From: Macrostomum lignano
Taxonomy: Eukaryota
Assembly (NCBI GenBank): GCA_002269645.1
Contig: NIVC01001208.1
Coordinates: 137,444 to 201,443 of the forward strand
Length of the DNA stretch: 64,000 nucleotides
Direction: 5' to 3'
The position numbers and the translations under genes are program-made. Below are positions 54,101 to 64,000 of the stretch, piece after piece; the stretch's first letter is position 1; each line of letters begins with the position of its first letter. The notes beneath the pieces are model-generated. The model saw only the letters and a program-made list of their open reading frames with translations, was not told the DNA's origin and ran no database searches.

Positions 54101-57100
54101 TCTTCTTGGTGTCCCCACCGAAGGCGTCGAACTTTTTCTTAGTATCCTCGTTGAACGCTGCGAATTTCTTTTTATTTTCCTCGTTGAAGGCTTCGAAATT
54201 TTTTCGATTCTCCTCGTTCGCTTCGCGGATCTTTTCGCCCGTCTCATCGGCGATTTCCTCCACTTTTTCTTGGAATTCGTGGAAGCCTTTCTTTAGCCGG
54301 CCTAAGAAGCTCGAGTCCTCGGGATCGTTGGGATCGCCTTCGGCACCTTCAACACCTTCGGCACCTTCAGCACCTTCGGCACCTTCAGCGCCTTCAGCAG
54401 CCGCAGCTTCAGCAGCCGCAGCTTCAGCAGCCGCAGCTTCAGCAGCCGCAGCTTCAGCAGCCGCAGCTTCAGCAGCCGCAGCTTCAGCAGCCGCAGCTTC
54501 AGCAGCCGCAGCTTCAGCGGCCGCAGCTTCAGCAGCCACAGCTTCAGCAGCCGCAGCTTCAGCGGCCGCAGCTTCAGCAGCCACGGCAGCCTCCTCTTCA
54601 GGCGTTGGCAGGGGTTCACCCCTAGGGCCCCGCTGCCTACCCTCGGCCGCTTCGTCGACTGTCCGACCAAACTCGTCCAACAGTTCCCCGCCGGGTCCTC
54701 GGACAACCTGTCCGGTGGATTTGTCTTCGAGCACGCCGAACTCGTTGACCCGCCAGCCGCACTCGGAGGCCAGCAGATGACCGCTCGCCGGGTCGCGAGG
54801 CGCGCCGCACACCGGGCGACACCGAGCGTCGAAGTAGCGACCCTGGGCGTCTCTCAACGGCGCCCCGGTTGAGGCGTCGACCAGCAGGCCGAATTCGTTC
54901 TCGCGTCTTTCTGCCGAGTCAATAACGGCTTGACTGTCGGCGTCAACAAGCTGCTGCTCGTCGGCCAGACAGACTTTCCGGCAAGCCAGCGGCCGACCTC
55001 CGGCGTCGAGCAGCTCATCGTTTGGCCCAAGCACGGGCTGCCCGGTGTCCGAGCTGGTCAGCACTCCGAGCTCGTTCGGCTCGGCCGGCGACACCAGACT
55101 GCCGTCCGGGCGGCGGACTCCGTGCACCGGACGACAATCGGAGTCGAAAAACTCGCCGGACGGACCTCGGACTGGCCGGCCGGACTCGTCCAGCAGGACG
55201 CCATTGTCGTTGACGCCGCCAGTTGGCAGCGGCGTGCCAGTCGACGTGTTCAACAGTCGGCCAGTGGACGCATCAAGCCGGGCCCGGCGACAATCGATTG
55301 GCCGGCCGGACGGGTCGAGCAGCTGGCCGTCCGGCCCCGGCTCGCTCAGCACGCCGTAGTAGTTCGGCTGCTGGGCCTCGTCGTCGACCAGCTGGCCGTT
55401 CGGCAGCCGCCGGCCGTAAACGACGGCGCCGTCGGGAGGGCCATAAAATTCTCCGTTTAGTCCGCGAAGCGGCAGCCCGCGCGAGTCGGCCAGCACGTTG
55501 AACTCGTTGGCCACGGCGTCGGCCACTTCGTCCGGCGAGTCAACACGACGACAGGCGATTTCGGCTGCCGTTGCGTCCAATAGTTCGCGTCCGGTCGGCC
55601 CGGACAGTGGCCGGTTGTCTGTCCCGGACACTAACACGCCGAAGTAGTTGAGCTTTGGAGGCGGGTCGTCTGGCTTGCACGCCAGCAGACGGCCATCGTC
55701 GGGATGTCGGAGGCCGCCGAGAGCGGGCCGGCCGTCGGCACCAAAGAACTCGCCGCGGCTGCCTCGCAGCGGCACGGAGCCGACAGTCAGGATGCCGTGT
55801 GAGTTCGCCGCGGCCTCGGGAAACGCGTCCAACGGAGCAGCACCGTCCGGGACTGGCCGGCAGGCGATCGGCCGACCGTCCGAGTCGATTAGAGTGCCGT
55901 CTGGTCGGGTGAGAGCCAGGCCGGTGTCCAGATTAGCCAGGACGCCGAACCAGTTGACGGCGGGCGGCGGGTCGCCCAGCAGCTCGCCGTCGGGGCCGCG
56001 CGGCCCGTAGACCGGCTGGCCGTTGGAGGAGAAAAACTCGCCAGACTGGCCTCGGATCGGGACGCCGTTTTCGTCGATTAGCACGCCGTTAGCGTTGACG
56101 CTTGTAGCGTCGCCGAAGGTCGTAGAATTATTAAATCCGTTAGACTCCGGTACAAGACGGCCGTCCGGGGTTCGAGTCGCGATTCGACAAAGTATGGGAG
56201 CGCCGTCTGGCGGAGATCGGAATTCGCCGCTCGGAGTTCGCAGCGGCTGACCGGTTGAGGGATCAACCAGGATGCCGAATTCGTTGGTTTGGGCCTGACA
56301 CAAGGGGCGCGCATGCGGTAGTGGTGGTGGTGGTGGAAGGGTGCTGGTTTAATAGTGCAAGCTGTGCTTTGATTGACAGGCACGGAATAACGATGCTTCG
56401 CATATTTTTATGTGCAAAGGAGGATAAAAAGTTTACAGGGCAGGGATATAGGACAGGGAAACTATGGGTAGGAGTTGGGGTGGGTGTTTTATACACCCAG
56501 AGGAGGCTATAGTGTACATTAGGGCAGGAAAACTAAGGGTAGGAGTTGGGGTGGGTGTTTTATTCACCCAGAGGAGGCTATAGTGTACATTAGGGCAGGA
56601 AAACTAAGGGTAGGAGTTGGGGTGGGTGTTTTATTCACCCAGAGGAGGCTATAGTGTACATTAGGGCAGGCAAACTAAGGGTAGGAGTTTGGGTGGGTGT
56701 TTTATTCACCCAGAGGAGGCTATAGTGTACATTAGGGCAGGCAAACTAAAGGTAGGAGTTGGGGTGGGTGTTTTATACACCCAGAGGAGGCTACAGTGTA
56801 TATTAGGGCAGGAACAGCGAAGCTAGGAGTTGGGGTGGGTGTTTAATACACTCAGAGGGAGGCTACAGAGTAAATTGGGGCAGGAAAATTGAGGGTAGAA
56901 GTTGGGGTGGGTGTTTTTTACACCCAGAGGAGGCTACAGTGTACATTAGGGCAGGAAAACTGAGGGTAGGAGTTGGCTGGGTGTCTTATAGAACCTGAGG
57001 AAGTTTTACCTACATGTAATAAGTAACGATATTGGCTAAACTCTAAAGAGTTAGCAGGTTAGTATATATACATAAAATGTTACTTATAGAAAACGTTTAA

Positions 57101-59120
57101 ATAGCACAATCTACAACAAAATAAACGAGAGTAAGGTGATATCTTTTGTAAAGTTAAGACACAATCTATACAACATCAAAAGGCTACCACAGACACGTGA
57201 GAAAGGAAAAATCACTACGGATTCTAAGAAAGCTAAAATTGCTGCCAAATTGGTCTAGGCGTTACCCTCGGATTGCGCGAAGCGGACAACAGGTGCTGCC
57301 TGCGCAATCGATGGAATTTCGATGGACTAACGCTGCGACTTCGAATCATTCGGTGGTCCATCAGGGCTGAGGTGTTCGAGGCGGCGGCGGCGGCGGCAGC
57401 TCCTCGCCTACTGGAGCGATGATGCTGGGAATGAGGCTGGCGCAGGCTGCCATGCTGAGGCCAGTCATCCTGCTGCTGCACCAGCTGCTGATGATGAGGC
57501 GGCAGCTGCCAGTCATCAAAGGAGGCCTGCATCTGCAGCTGCCTGTAACCGCCGCCGCCGCCAACAGGGTTGGCATTGTCGTACATGGAGGCGGGACCTG
57601 CAACGCCGTCGTTGGGATGACGAAGCAGGCCGCCCTGCTGCTGCTGCTGATGGTGATAAGCTTGATTATAACCGGCATGAACACCTGTTGGCGACCCGGT
57701 TAGATGAGGCGGCATACCAGCGGTTCTACTGAACCTGGACGACGGGCCAAGATTCAAAGGCCTACCAGACGTGGAAAGTCTTTGTTGTTGCTGCTGCTGT
57801 TGTTGCAGGAGCAGAAGTTGCTGCTGTTGCTGCTTTCCGAAAGCCAGATGACGCTGCTGTTTTTTTTGTTTAAAACAACGGCATTTGTTTGGCGTTGTAG
57901 GATTTGAGGTTTTTGGGATTTGGGGATTTAAAGGGAACAGGGTGGGTGAGAAAAAGAATTATTTTTATCCCTTTAGAAGCTCTTGTAAAATAAAAAGTAA
58001 AAGTAGTTTCAGTTCAAAGGAAGCAAAGTCGCATATCGCCCATAAACCATAGGAGACCTATAGTTGCAAGATTACGAGTATTAGGATTAAGAATCTCTGT
58101 GAATTCCAACATGCCGATAAAGTTACGAGTAATAAATAATTATGAATTAGCCTAAAAAAGCAAATTTTCTAAAATAAACGATTTGTTATGTATGATGCGT
58201 GATTGCGGCACGATGGTTTTAAATAAAATTGACTTTCGATACATATCGGTACAACGAGAAAACTCTTTTTTTCGATGGTTAAGTTTTAAAAAATGCAATA
58301 ATGACTTAGAATCAAGGCAATAGAAATTCTTTAATTTCGATACAAATTAAGTCATTTATAAACAATCCTTTCTCCGATACATACCAGGAAGTTTGGCAAT
58401 TCCTGAAAACTGTTCTTTCGATACATATCGGAAAGTGTGGGAAATTCTTGAAAACTGTTCTTTCGACACATATCGGAAAGTGTGGGAAATTCTTGAAAAC
58501 TGCTCTTTCGATACATATCGGAAAGTGTGGGAAATTCTTATAAACTGCTTTTTCGATACATATTGGAAAGCGTTGAAATTTTCGAAAACTGCTGTTTCGA
58601 TACATATCGGACAGTATGGAAGTTCTTGAAAAACTGTTTTTTTCGATACATATCGGTAGCAAAAATAAACTTACATCCTCTGGCCTAGGCAAATCGATAG
58701 ACGAATTAGCGGCAGACAGAGTCAGCGAGCACGGCGGATCCGAGTCTAAACTCTCCACAGTCTGACCATTGTGAGTACCGACTGTGCGCACGGTCAGGAA
58801 GGCGGTGTGAGGCGGCAGGGAGTTCTGGGCGAGCAGGCAGTGATCTGAGTACGCGTCCAAGCACTCCGTGACCCGGTGCCTGCCGTCAGCGTACACTGCG
58901 TAGCCGGTGACCCGAACACCGTTGGACACGCCGTCGGAGTTGGCAACGGTGACCGGTAGCCAGGTGACTAGCAGGGAATGGTCCTGAGGACCGGGTTCGA
59001 TTTGAACGTCCAGGGGAGCGTCGGGCAGGCCGCCGGGCGTGGTTCGAAACTCCAAGGTGGCGGTGAGGAGAGGCACGGAGGTGCCCGTAGTTTTCGGAGG
59101 CCTGGCCCGCACGCACACCT

Positions 59121-59170
<50 letters not shown>

Positions 59171-62100
59171 TCTTTGTCGAGTCGTACATTTTAAGTTGCA
59201 CCTTTTGACAAAAAACGCCTGTAAACTACTTATAGTAGAGTGCATTTGAACAAAATTACATGTACGTAAATGAGTATAGGGATATTTCAAAATGGTCATA
59301 TGATGTATGAGATGATGTCTGACACTGCCAATCAGATAAGATGTCAGAAAGGATGTCAGGATGTTAGATGAGATTGGGTAGAGTCAGGGGAGGTGAAAAA
59401 ATACAAAGGATATTCATCATTAGAAGCCGCAAACCTTGTAAAGAGTGTCGGCAGTGAGACCGCTAATGAGCAGCTTGTAGTTGCCAGGCGGGCACTGTTT
59501 GTACTCTTTGCCGTTTACAGTCACCACGTGTTGAAGGCTGGAAGCAGCCGGCAAGAACATGAGCACCGCTGAGCCTGGGGTTACGTTTGATACCTGGAGT
59601 TTTGTTAAAAATAACAGTGATATTATTAGTTTATAAAAGTTTGTCATGGACGAGTGTTAATAAAAGGTTGTCAAGTTCTGTGATCATGGTCTGGTCATGG
59701 TCTCCAAGGGCTGACGGGGCTGTCAGTCTCCAATGGTTGTCAGTCTCCAAGGGCTAACGGGGCTGTCAGTCTCCAAAGGTTGTCAGTCTCCAAGGGCTGC
59801 CAAAGTCTCCAAGGGCTGTCAGAGTCTCCAAGGGCTGTCAGAGACTCCAAGGGCTGTCAGTCTCCAAAGGTTGTCAGTCTCCAAGGGCTGCCAAAGTCTC
59901 CAAGGGCTGTCAGAGTCTCCAAGGGCTGCCAAAGTCTCCAAGGGCTGCCAGAGTCTCCAAGGGCTGCCAGAGTCTCCAAAGGCTGTCAGAGTCTCCAAGG
60001 GCTGTCAGTCTCCAAAGGCTGTCAGAGTCTCCAAGGGCTGCCAGTCTTCAAGGGCTGTCAGTCTCCCAAGGCTGACGGGCTGTCAGAGTCTCCCAAGGCT
60101 GACGGGCTGTCAGAGTCTCCCAAGGCTGACGGGCTGTCAGAGTCTCCCAAGGCTGACGGGCTGTCAGAGTCTCCCAAGGCTGACGGGGCTGTCAGAGTCT
60201 CCCAAGGCTGACGGGCTGTCAGAGTCTCCCAAGGCTGACGGGCTGTCAGAGTCTCCCAAGGCTGACGGGCTGTCAGAGTCTCCCAAGGCTGACGGGCTGT
60301 CAGAGTCTCCCAAGGCTGACGGGGCTGCCAGAGTCTCCAAGGGCTGTCAGTCACCAAGGGGTGTCGGGGTTCCCAAAAAGGTCTGCAGATGTGTGATGGG
60401 ATCTGGAACAACAGACACGCGATCTCTAGACGAGACGAATAGGGATACTTTAAGGTCACTAAAGCCTCGAATGATGATTTCGTAGAATTTTCAAATGTTG
60501 CTCTTTATTCTCTATAATTTTTCGATCTAAGCTTTGTATATTGGTCATAAAACTTAATCCAAAAAGTCCAACCTGTAGATAAGTAGGCGCTAGGTGCGAG
60601 TCGCGATCCTTGCCAGTCAGCAATGTACAGGCCGGGTCTTTGGATGTCAGACCCCTGGTAGTGACTGATCGCACACAGATCCTGTGCCTCTCCTTCGGAT
60701 TAATACCCTCAATAAGTGCTTTAGTCTTCTCGCCGGCACTAACCGAGCACTTGAATTTGCCATCAACGTAGACGTGATAAGCAGATAGAGGGTCGTGCAT
60801 CAGCACGCTAGTCGGATCGTGAGCCGGGGGTCGCCAGCCAATCACAATCGAGCTAGCCAGTTGTCTTTCTAAAGCTAGAAATCTAGGCGGAGAAACAGTA
60901 TCATCCGAGAGACCCTCGGCTCGAATGATTTCCTCTTCGTAGGAGTAGGTTCCGCCCGTAGACAGCTGCTCAGCGGCTGGATAGGCCGAGGAGACCGGGT
61001 CGTAGCCGGAGAATCCAGTCTCAAATGCGGCAACATCGTCGTCTTGAGGAGGAGTGGTTGTTTTAGTGCGCGAATTTAAGAACTAAAAAAGCCAATAAAA
61101 TGGAGATTGGGGAGATACAGGGAATTGGGTGGGTGTGTGCAGAAGGGCAAGGAATGGAGACGAAAATGAGGGGGGAGACAGGGAATGGGGTGGGTGCGCG
61201 CATAGAGTGGCAAGAAATGGAGATGAAAATGAGGGGGTGGGGAGACAGGGAATGGGGTGGGTGCGCGCATAGAGTGGCAAGGAATGGCGACGAAAATAAT
61301 GGGGTGGGGGAGACAGGGAATGGGGTGGGTGCGCGCATAGAGTGGCAAGGAATGGCGACGAAAATAAGGGGGTGGGGAGACAGGGAATGGGGTGGGTGCG
61401 CGCATAGAGTGGCAAGGAATGGCGACGAAAAAAGGGGGTGGGGGAGACAGGGAATAGGGTTGGTGCACGCATAGAGTGGTAAAGAATGGAGACGAAAATA
61501 AGGGGGTGGGGGAGACAGGGAATGGGGCTGGTGCGCGCATAGTGGCAAGGAATGGCGACGAAAATAATAGGGTGGGGGAGACAGGGAATGGTGTGGGTGC
61601 GCGCAAAGAGTGGCAAGGAATGGCGACGAAAATAATGGGGTGGGGGAGACAGGGAATGGGGTTGGTGCGCGCATAGAGTGGTAAAGAATGGAGACGAAAA
61701 TAAGGGGTCGGGGAGACAGGAAAGGGGGTGGGTGCGCGCATAGAGTGGCAAGAATTGGAAGCGAAATTGGGGTGGTAGGGAGACAGAGAGTGGGTGGATG
61801 CACGTATAGAGTGGTAAGGAATATAACAAGGACGACTTACGTAGAAGGAAGGGAAACCTTGTTTCTTGGAAAATTTTAGAAGGCAGGTTTTCCCGAAAAA
61901 ATACACTACGGAGATAGGAAGTTTGCATTTTTTCAGCACAAAAATTGTTATTGCTATTGATAGGAGGCAGATCCAGTGTTCATCTTTTGATATGTTGTGC
62001 CTTTCTTAGTGCTCTATCGATACTCATAGAGCTTTTCGTTCAGAAAATTAGGATTCTATGTTAATTTTTTATTCTACGTACATTTCCTGTACCTAAAAAT

Positions 62101-63316
62101 CATAAAAATGCATGACACAACTCGAATCTTTGGTTTTATGAATCTATTTTATCATCTGTTACAAATATTTGTTACAAAGTCAGCTGAGAATGATAAAATA
62201 GACTCATAAAACCAAAGAGCCGAGCTGTGCCATTTCAATGGCTTTTAGGCACAAGACACGTGCAAATTAAATTTTTTTACATTTTACATTTTTTACATTT
62301 TTACATGTGTAGTGGCGGGCAGTCCAGCTAGGCTGATGGAGGGTATAAACAAGAGATAAAACAGAGGAAAGCACTAAAATCAATATTATTTACTCGTATA
62401 AAAGCGTTTATCTGATCGTGTTTAGTTTTGAGCAATTAAACTTGCAAAACAGTTAAATTAAACCTAGAAATCAAAACGTCTAGCATAGCATAAGATGACC
62501 TTATCAAGTGTTTAAAGCTGCAATAATATTCCGATTTTACTACTAATGCAGGCTAAGTAGCCACCTGAGGCATTCCGCTGCTACTTTCTATAAAAAAATT
62601 CATATTGACGACGAGAAAAAACTAGGGCCCCTTGGTTCTCCAGTAAGCTGAATAAACAAAAAATGATAAATATATTTGCATAACTGCTGTAGCAAAAATG
62701 CTGATTGGAAAAGCGTAATAAAAAACTAACAAGGTAATAAGTAGCTCATACTTGAAATAAACTAAATTATTATTGTCTATAATGCTTACTAGAAAATCGC
62801 CTTCCACGGCTTCCGGTGTCTAAATATTCAACAAGAGAGACAAAATTATGACAGAGGAGAACAATTACCTGATGACAATAGCTAACCCAGTGCTCAATAT
62901 GAACAGAGTAAAACAAATCAGTCATCCAGTGCTAGAATTAATTATTAATCCCCTAAACTCCCCAATTCGGTATCGAATCTGTGCGTCACCATTGACAGGT
63001 TTTGCTTGTCAAATGAATTAGGAAAATTAAATTACAGCCCCCGTCCAGCTTATTCAATCAAATATCAATAACTGCAACTGGATTGGGAAATCTAGAAATT
63101 GAAGATGAATAGAATAAATTAAATTATAAATACATGGCTTGATAGTGTATAAAGCTAGTAAATGAGTCCTAGCGATAAGAGCACAATGCGCTAGTATGGG
63201 TATTTATATACACAACTGTTATTGAATAATTTCGACTCACTAGGCAGTGGTTCGACGTAGTTGGAGGGCACATAGCCTCTCTTGCCGTCCATCATCTCGC
63301 CATAGTAATAGCCATC
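50822..63316 (-). CDS. RIMBP2: RIM-binding protein (RIMBP/RIMBP2 family), 5' end outside the window
   Basis: Exons 63316..63241 (end of SH3-1, DGYYYGEMMDGKRGYVPSNYVE), 61082..60573 (FN3-1, LERQLASSIVIGWRPP), 59593..59435 (FN3-2), 59118..58675 (FN3-3, PPDAPLDVQ-like ..SLLVTWLPV), ~57856..57266, 53772..53688 (tentative), ~52309..51600 (SH3-2 start, IFVALFDYDPATMSPNPDAIQEELPFK), 51295..50822 (rest of SH3-2 and SH3-3, VALYDYDPKELSPN..GLVPSNFL). SH3-(FN3)3-SH3-SH3 order is diagnostic. Linker exon boundaries are less certain. Confidence 0.9.
51350..51550. repeat. 33-bp minisatellite in RIM-BP intron
   Basis: GAGTCACCGCCATTCCCTCCTTGATCCTCCACT x6. Confidence 0.9.
52390..53625. repeat. Adjacent 21-bp (TGACTCCATGTCCCTGTCATA) and 24-bp (CTGATCTCACTAATCCCTGTCACT) minisatellites in RIM-BP intron
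   Basis: The unit switches at ~52700. Confidence 0.92.
54012..56294 (-). CDS. Large candidate alternative terminal exon inside the RIM-BP locus: ~11 novel 45-60 aa repeats, (EAAAA)n linker and 11-mer amphipathic tail
   Basis: Uninterrupted ~760-codon GC-rich frame with protein-level but not DNA-level repetition, which argues it is a real coding sequence. Acceptor CCCCTTGTGTCAG| at 56295, phase 0, matches the upstream RIM-BP donor at 57266. Stop at 54012, AATAAA at ~53954-53959, no in-frame ATG at the start. Confidence 0.75.
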   Translation of the reverse strand, partial: AQTNEFGILVDPSTGQPLRTPSGEFRSPPDGAPILCRIATRTPDGRLVPESNGFNNSTTFGDATSVNANGVLIDENGVPIRGQSGEFFSSNGQPVYGPRGPDGELLGDPPPAVNWFGVLANLDTGLALTRPDGTLIDSDGRPIACRPVPDGAAPLDAFPEAAANSHGILTVGSVPLRGSRGEFFGADGRPALGGLRHPDDGRLLACKPDDPPPKLNYFGVLVSGTDNRPLSGPTGRELLDATAAEIACRRVDSPDEVADAVANEFNVLADSRGLPLRGLNGEFYGPPDGAVVYGRRLPNGQLVDDEAQQPNYYGVLSEPGPDGQLLDPSGRPIDCRRARLDASTGRLLNTSTGTPLPTGGVNDNGVLLDESGRPVRGPSGEFFDSDCRPVHGVRRPDGSLVSPAEPNELGVLTSSDTGQPVLGPNDELLDAGGRPLACRKVCLADEQQLVDADSQAVIDSAERRENEFGLLVDASTGAPLRDAQGRYFDARCRPVCGAPRDPASGHLLASECGWRVNEFGVLEDKSTGQVVRGPGGELLDEFGRTVDEAAEGRQRGPRGEPLPTPEEEAAVAAEAAAAEAAAAEAVAAEAAAAEAAAAEAAAAEAAAAEAAAAEAAAAEAAAAEAAAAEAAAAEGAEGAEGAEGAEGVEGAEGDPNDPEDSSFLGRLKKGFHEFQEKVEEIADETGEKIREANEENRKNFEAFNEENKKKFAAFNEDTKKKFDAFGGDTKKRFEAFGEGTASMFKKLDPKNLAGGGEGSS
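56440..56990. repeat. ~71-bp tandem repeat in RIM-BP intron
   Basis: TAGGGCAGGAAAACTAAGGGTAGGAGTTGGGGTGGGTGTTTTATTCACCCAGAGGAGGCTATAGTGTACAT x~8. Confidence 0.88.
58370..58660. repeat. 45-bp tandem repeat (TTTCGATACATATCGGAAAGTGTGGGAAATTCTTGAAAACTGTTC)
   Basis: About 6-7 copies in RIM-BP intron. Confidence 0.85.
59700..60360. repeat. Compound minisatellite (GTCTCCAAGGGCTGTCAGA; GTCTCCCAAGGCTGACGGGCTGTCAGA)
   Basis: Tandem copies in RIM-BP intron. Confidence 0.88.
61095..61820. repeat. ~65-bp G-rich tandem repeat in RIM-BP intron
   Basis: GGGAGACAGGGAATGGGGTGGGTGCGCGCATAGAGTGGCAAGGAATGGCGACGAAAATAAGGGG.. x~11. Confidence 0.88.
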
Positions 63317-63454
63317 CTGCCGTGTAAATAGAAAGAGATTATATTTATAAGCATGATTTTAGAGGTGTGCTAACATTCGTTCCATTTGGATTTGGGGAGC
63401 TTATGTAAGCGTTTGGTTGATTTTTAGGATAAACATATGAGATCATTTAAGTCC

Positions 63455-64000
63455 TAATTACCTCTGGGATCTGGGACTAATTGAGTCTAATTACCTCTGG
63501 ATCTGGGACTATTTGAGTCTTAAGTAAAGTCTTAAACCTCTGGGATCTGGACTATTTGAGTCTTAATTACCTCTGGGATCTGGGACTATTTGAGTCTTAA
63601 TTACCTCTGGGATCTGGGGACTATTGAGTCTTAAGTACCTCTGGGATCTGGACTATTTGAGTCTTAAGTACCTCTGGGATCTGGGACTATTTGAGCTCTT
63701 AAGTACCTCTGGATCTGGGACTATTTGAGTCTTAAGTATCTCTGGGATAATGGAACTTTTTTGAATCTTAATTACCTTGGGATCTGGGACTATTTAAGTC
63801 TGAGTACCTCTGGGATCTGGACGATTGAGTCTTAAGTACCTCTGGGATCTGGGACTATTTGAGATCTTAAGTACCTCTGGGATATGGAACTTTTTGAATC
63901 TTAATTACCTCTGGGATCTGGACTATTTGAGTCTTGAGTACCTCTGGGATCTGGGACGATTTGAGTCTTAAGTACCTCTGGGATCTGGGACTATTTGAGT
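63455..64000. repeat. ~34-bp minisatellite (TAATTACCTCTGGGATCTGGGACTATTTGAGTCT), runs off the window
   Basis: Tandem copies to the window end. Confidence 0.88.

Noticed and set aside
53943-56250. Plus-strand ORFs overlapping the large minus-strand exon
   Set aside because: They are shadow frames of GC-rich coding DNA with no recognisable motifs.

Overview
Eukaryotic, intron-containing, extremely tandem-repeat-rich DNA. The style resembles the free-living flatworm Macrostomum lignano, but that is inference and was not tested. Seven host genes can be spliced by hand: the 3' part of HID1 (+), a complete two-pore-domain K+ channel with an oversized extracellular cap (-), a claudin-like 4-TM gene (-), three two-exon paralogues resembling BK-channel beta subunits (KCNMB-like; -, +, -), and most of a RIM-binding protein gene (-; SH3, 3xFN3, SH3, SH3). 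The RIM-BP locus contains a 2.3-kb candidate alternative terminal exon encoding an unrecognised repeat domain. Mobile elements: two RTE-type non-LTR retrotransposons (one with an intact EN-RT ORF and a 10-bp TSD, one with a twin-priming-style 5' inversion), a Tc1/mariner-type non-autonomous element carrying an internal 32-bp minisatellite, and a 389-bp foldback MITE with an 8-bp TSD. Most long introns and spacers hold their own mini- or microsatellite, and most long ORFs in the ORF track are artefacts of these repeats. Splice sites were read manually and repeat boundaries are approximate.
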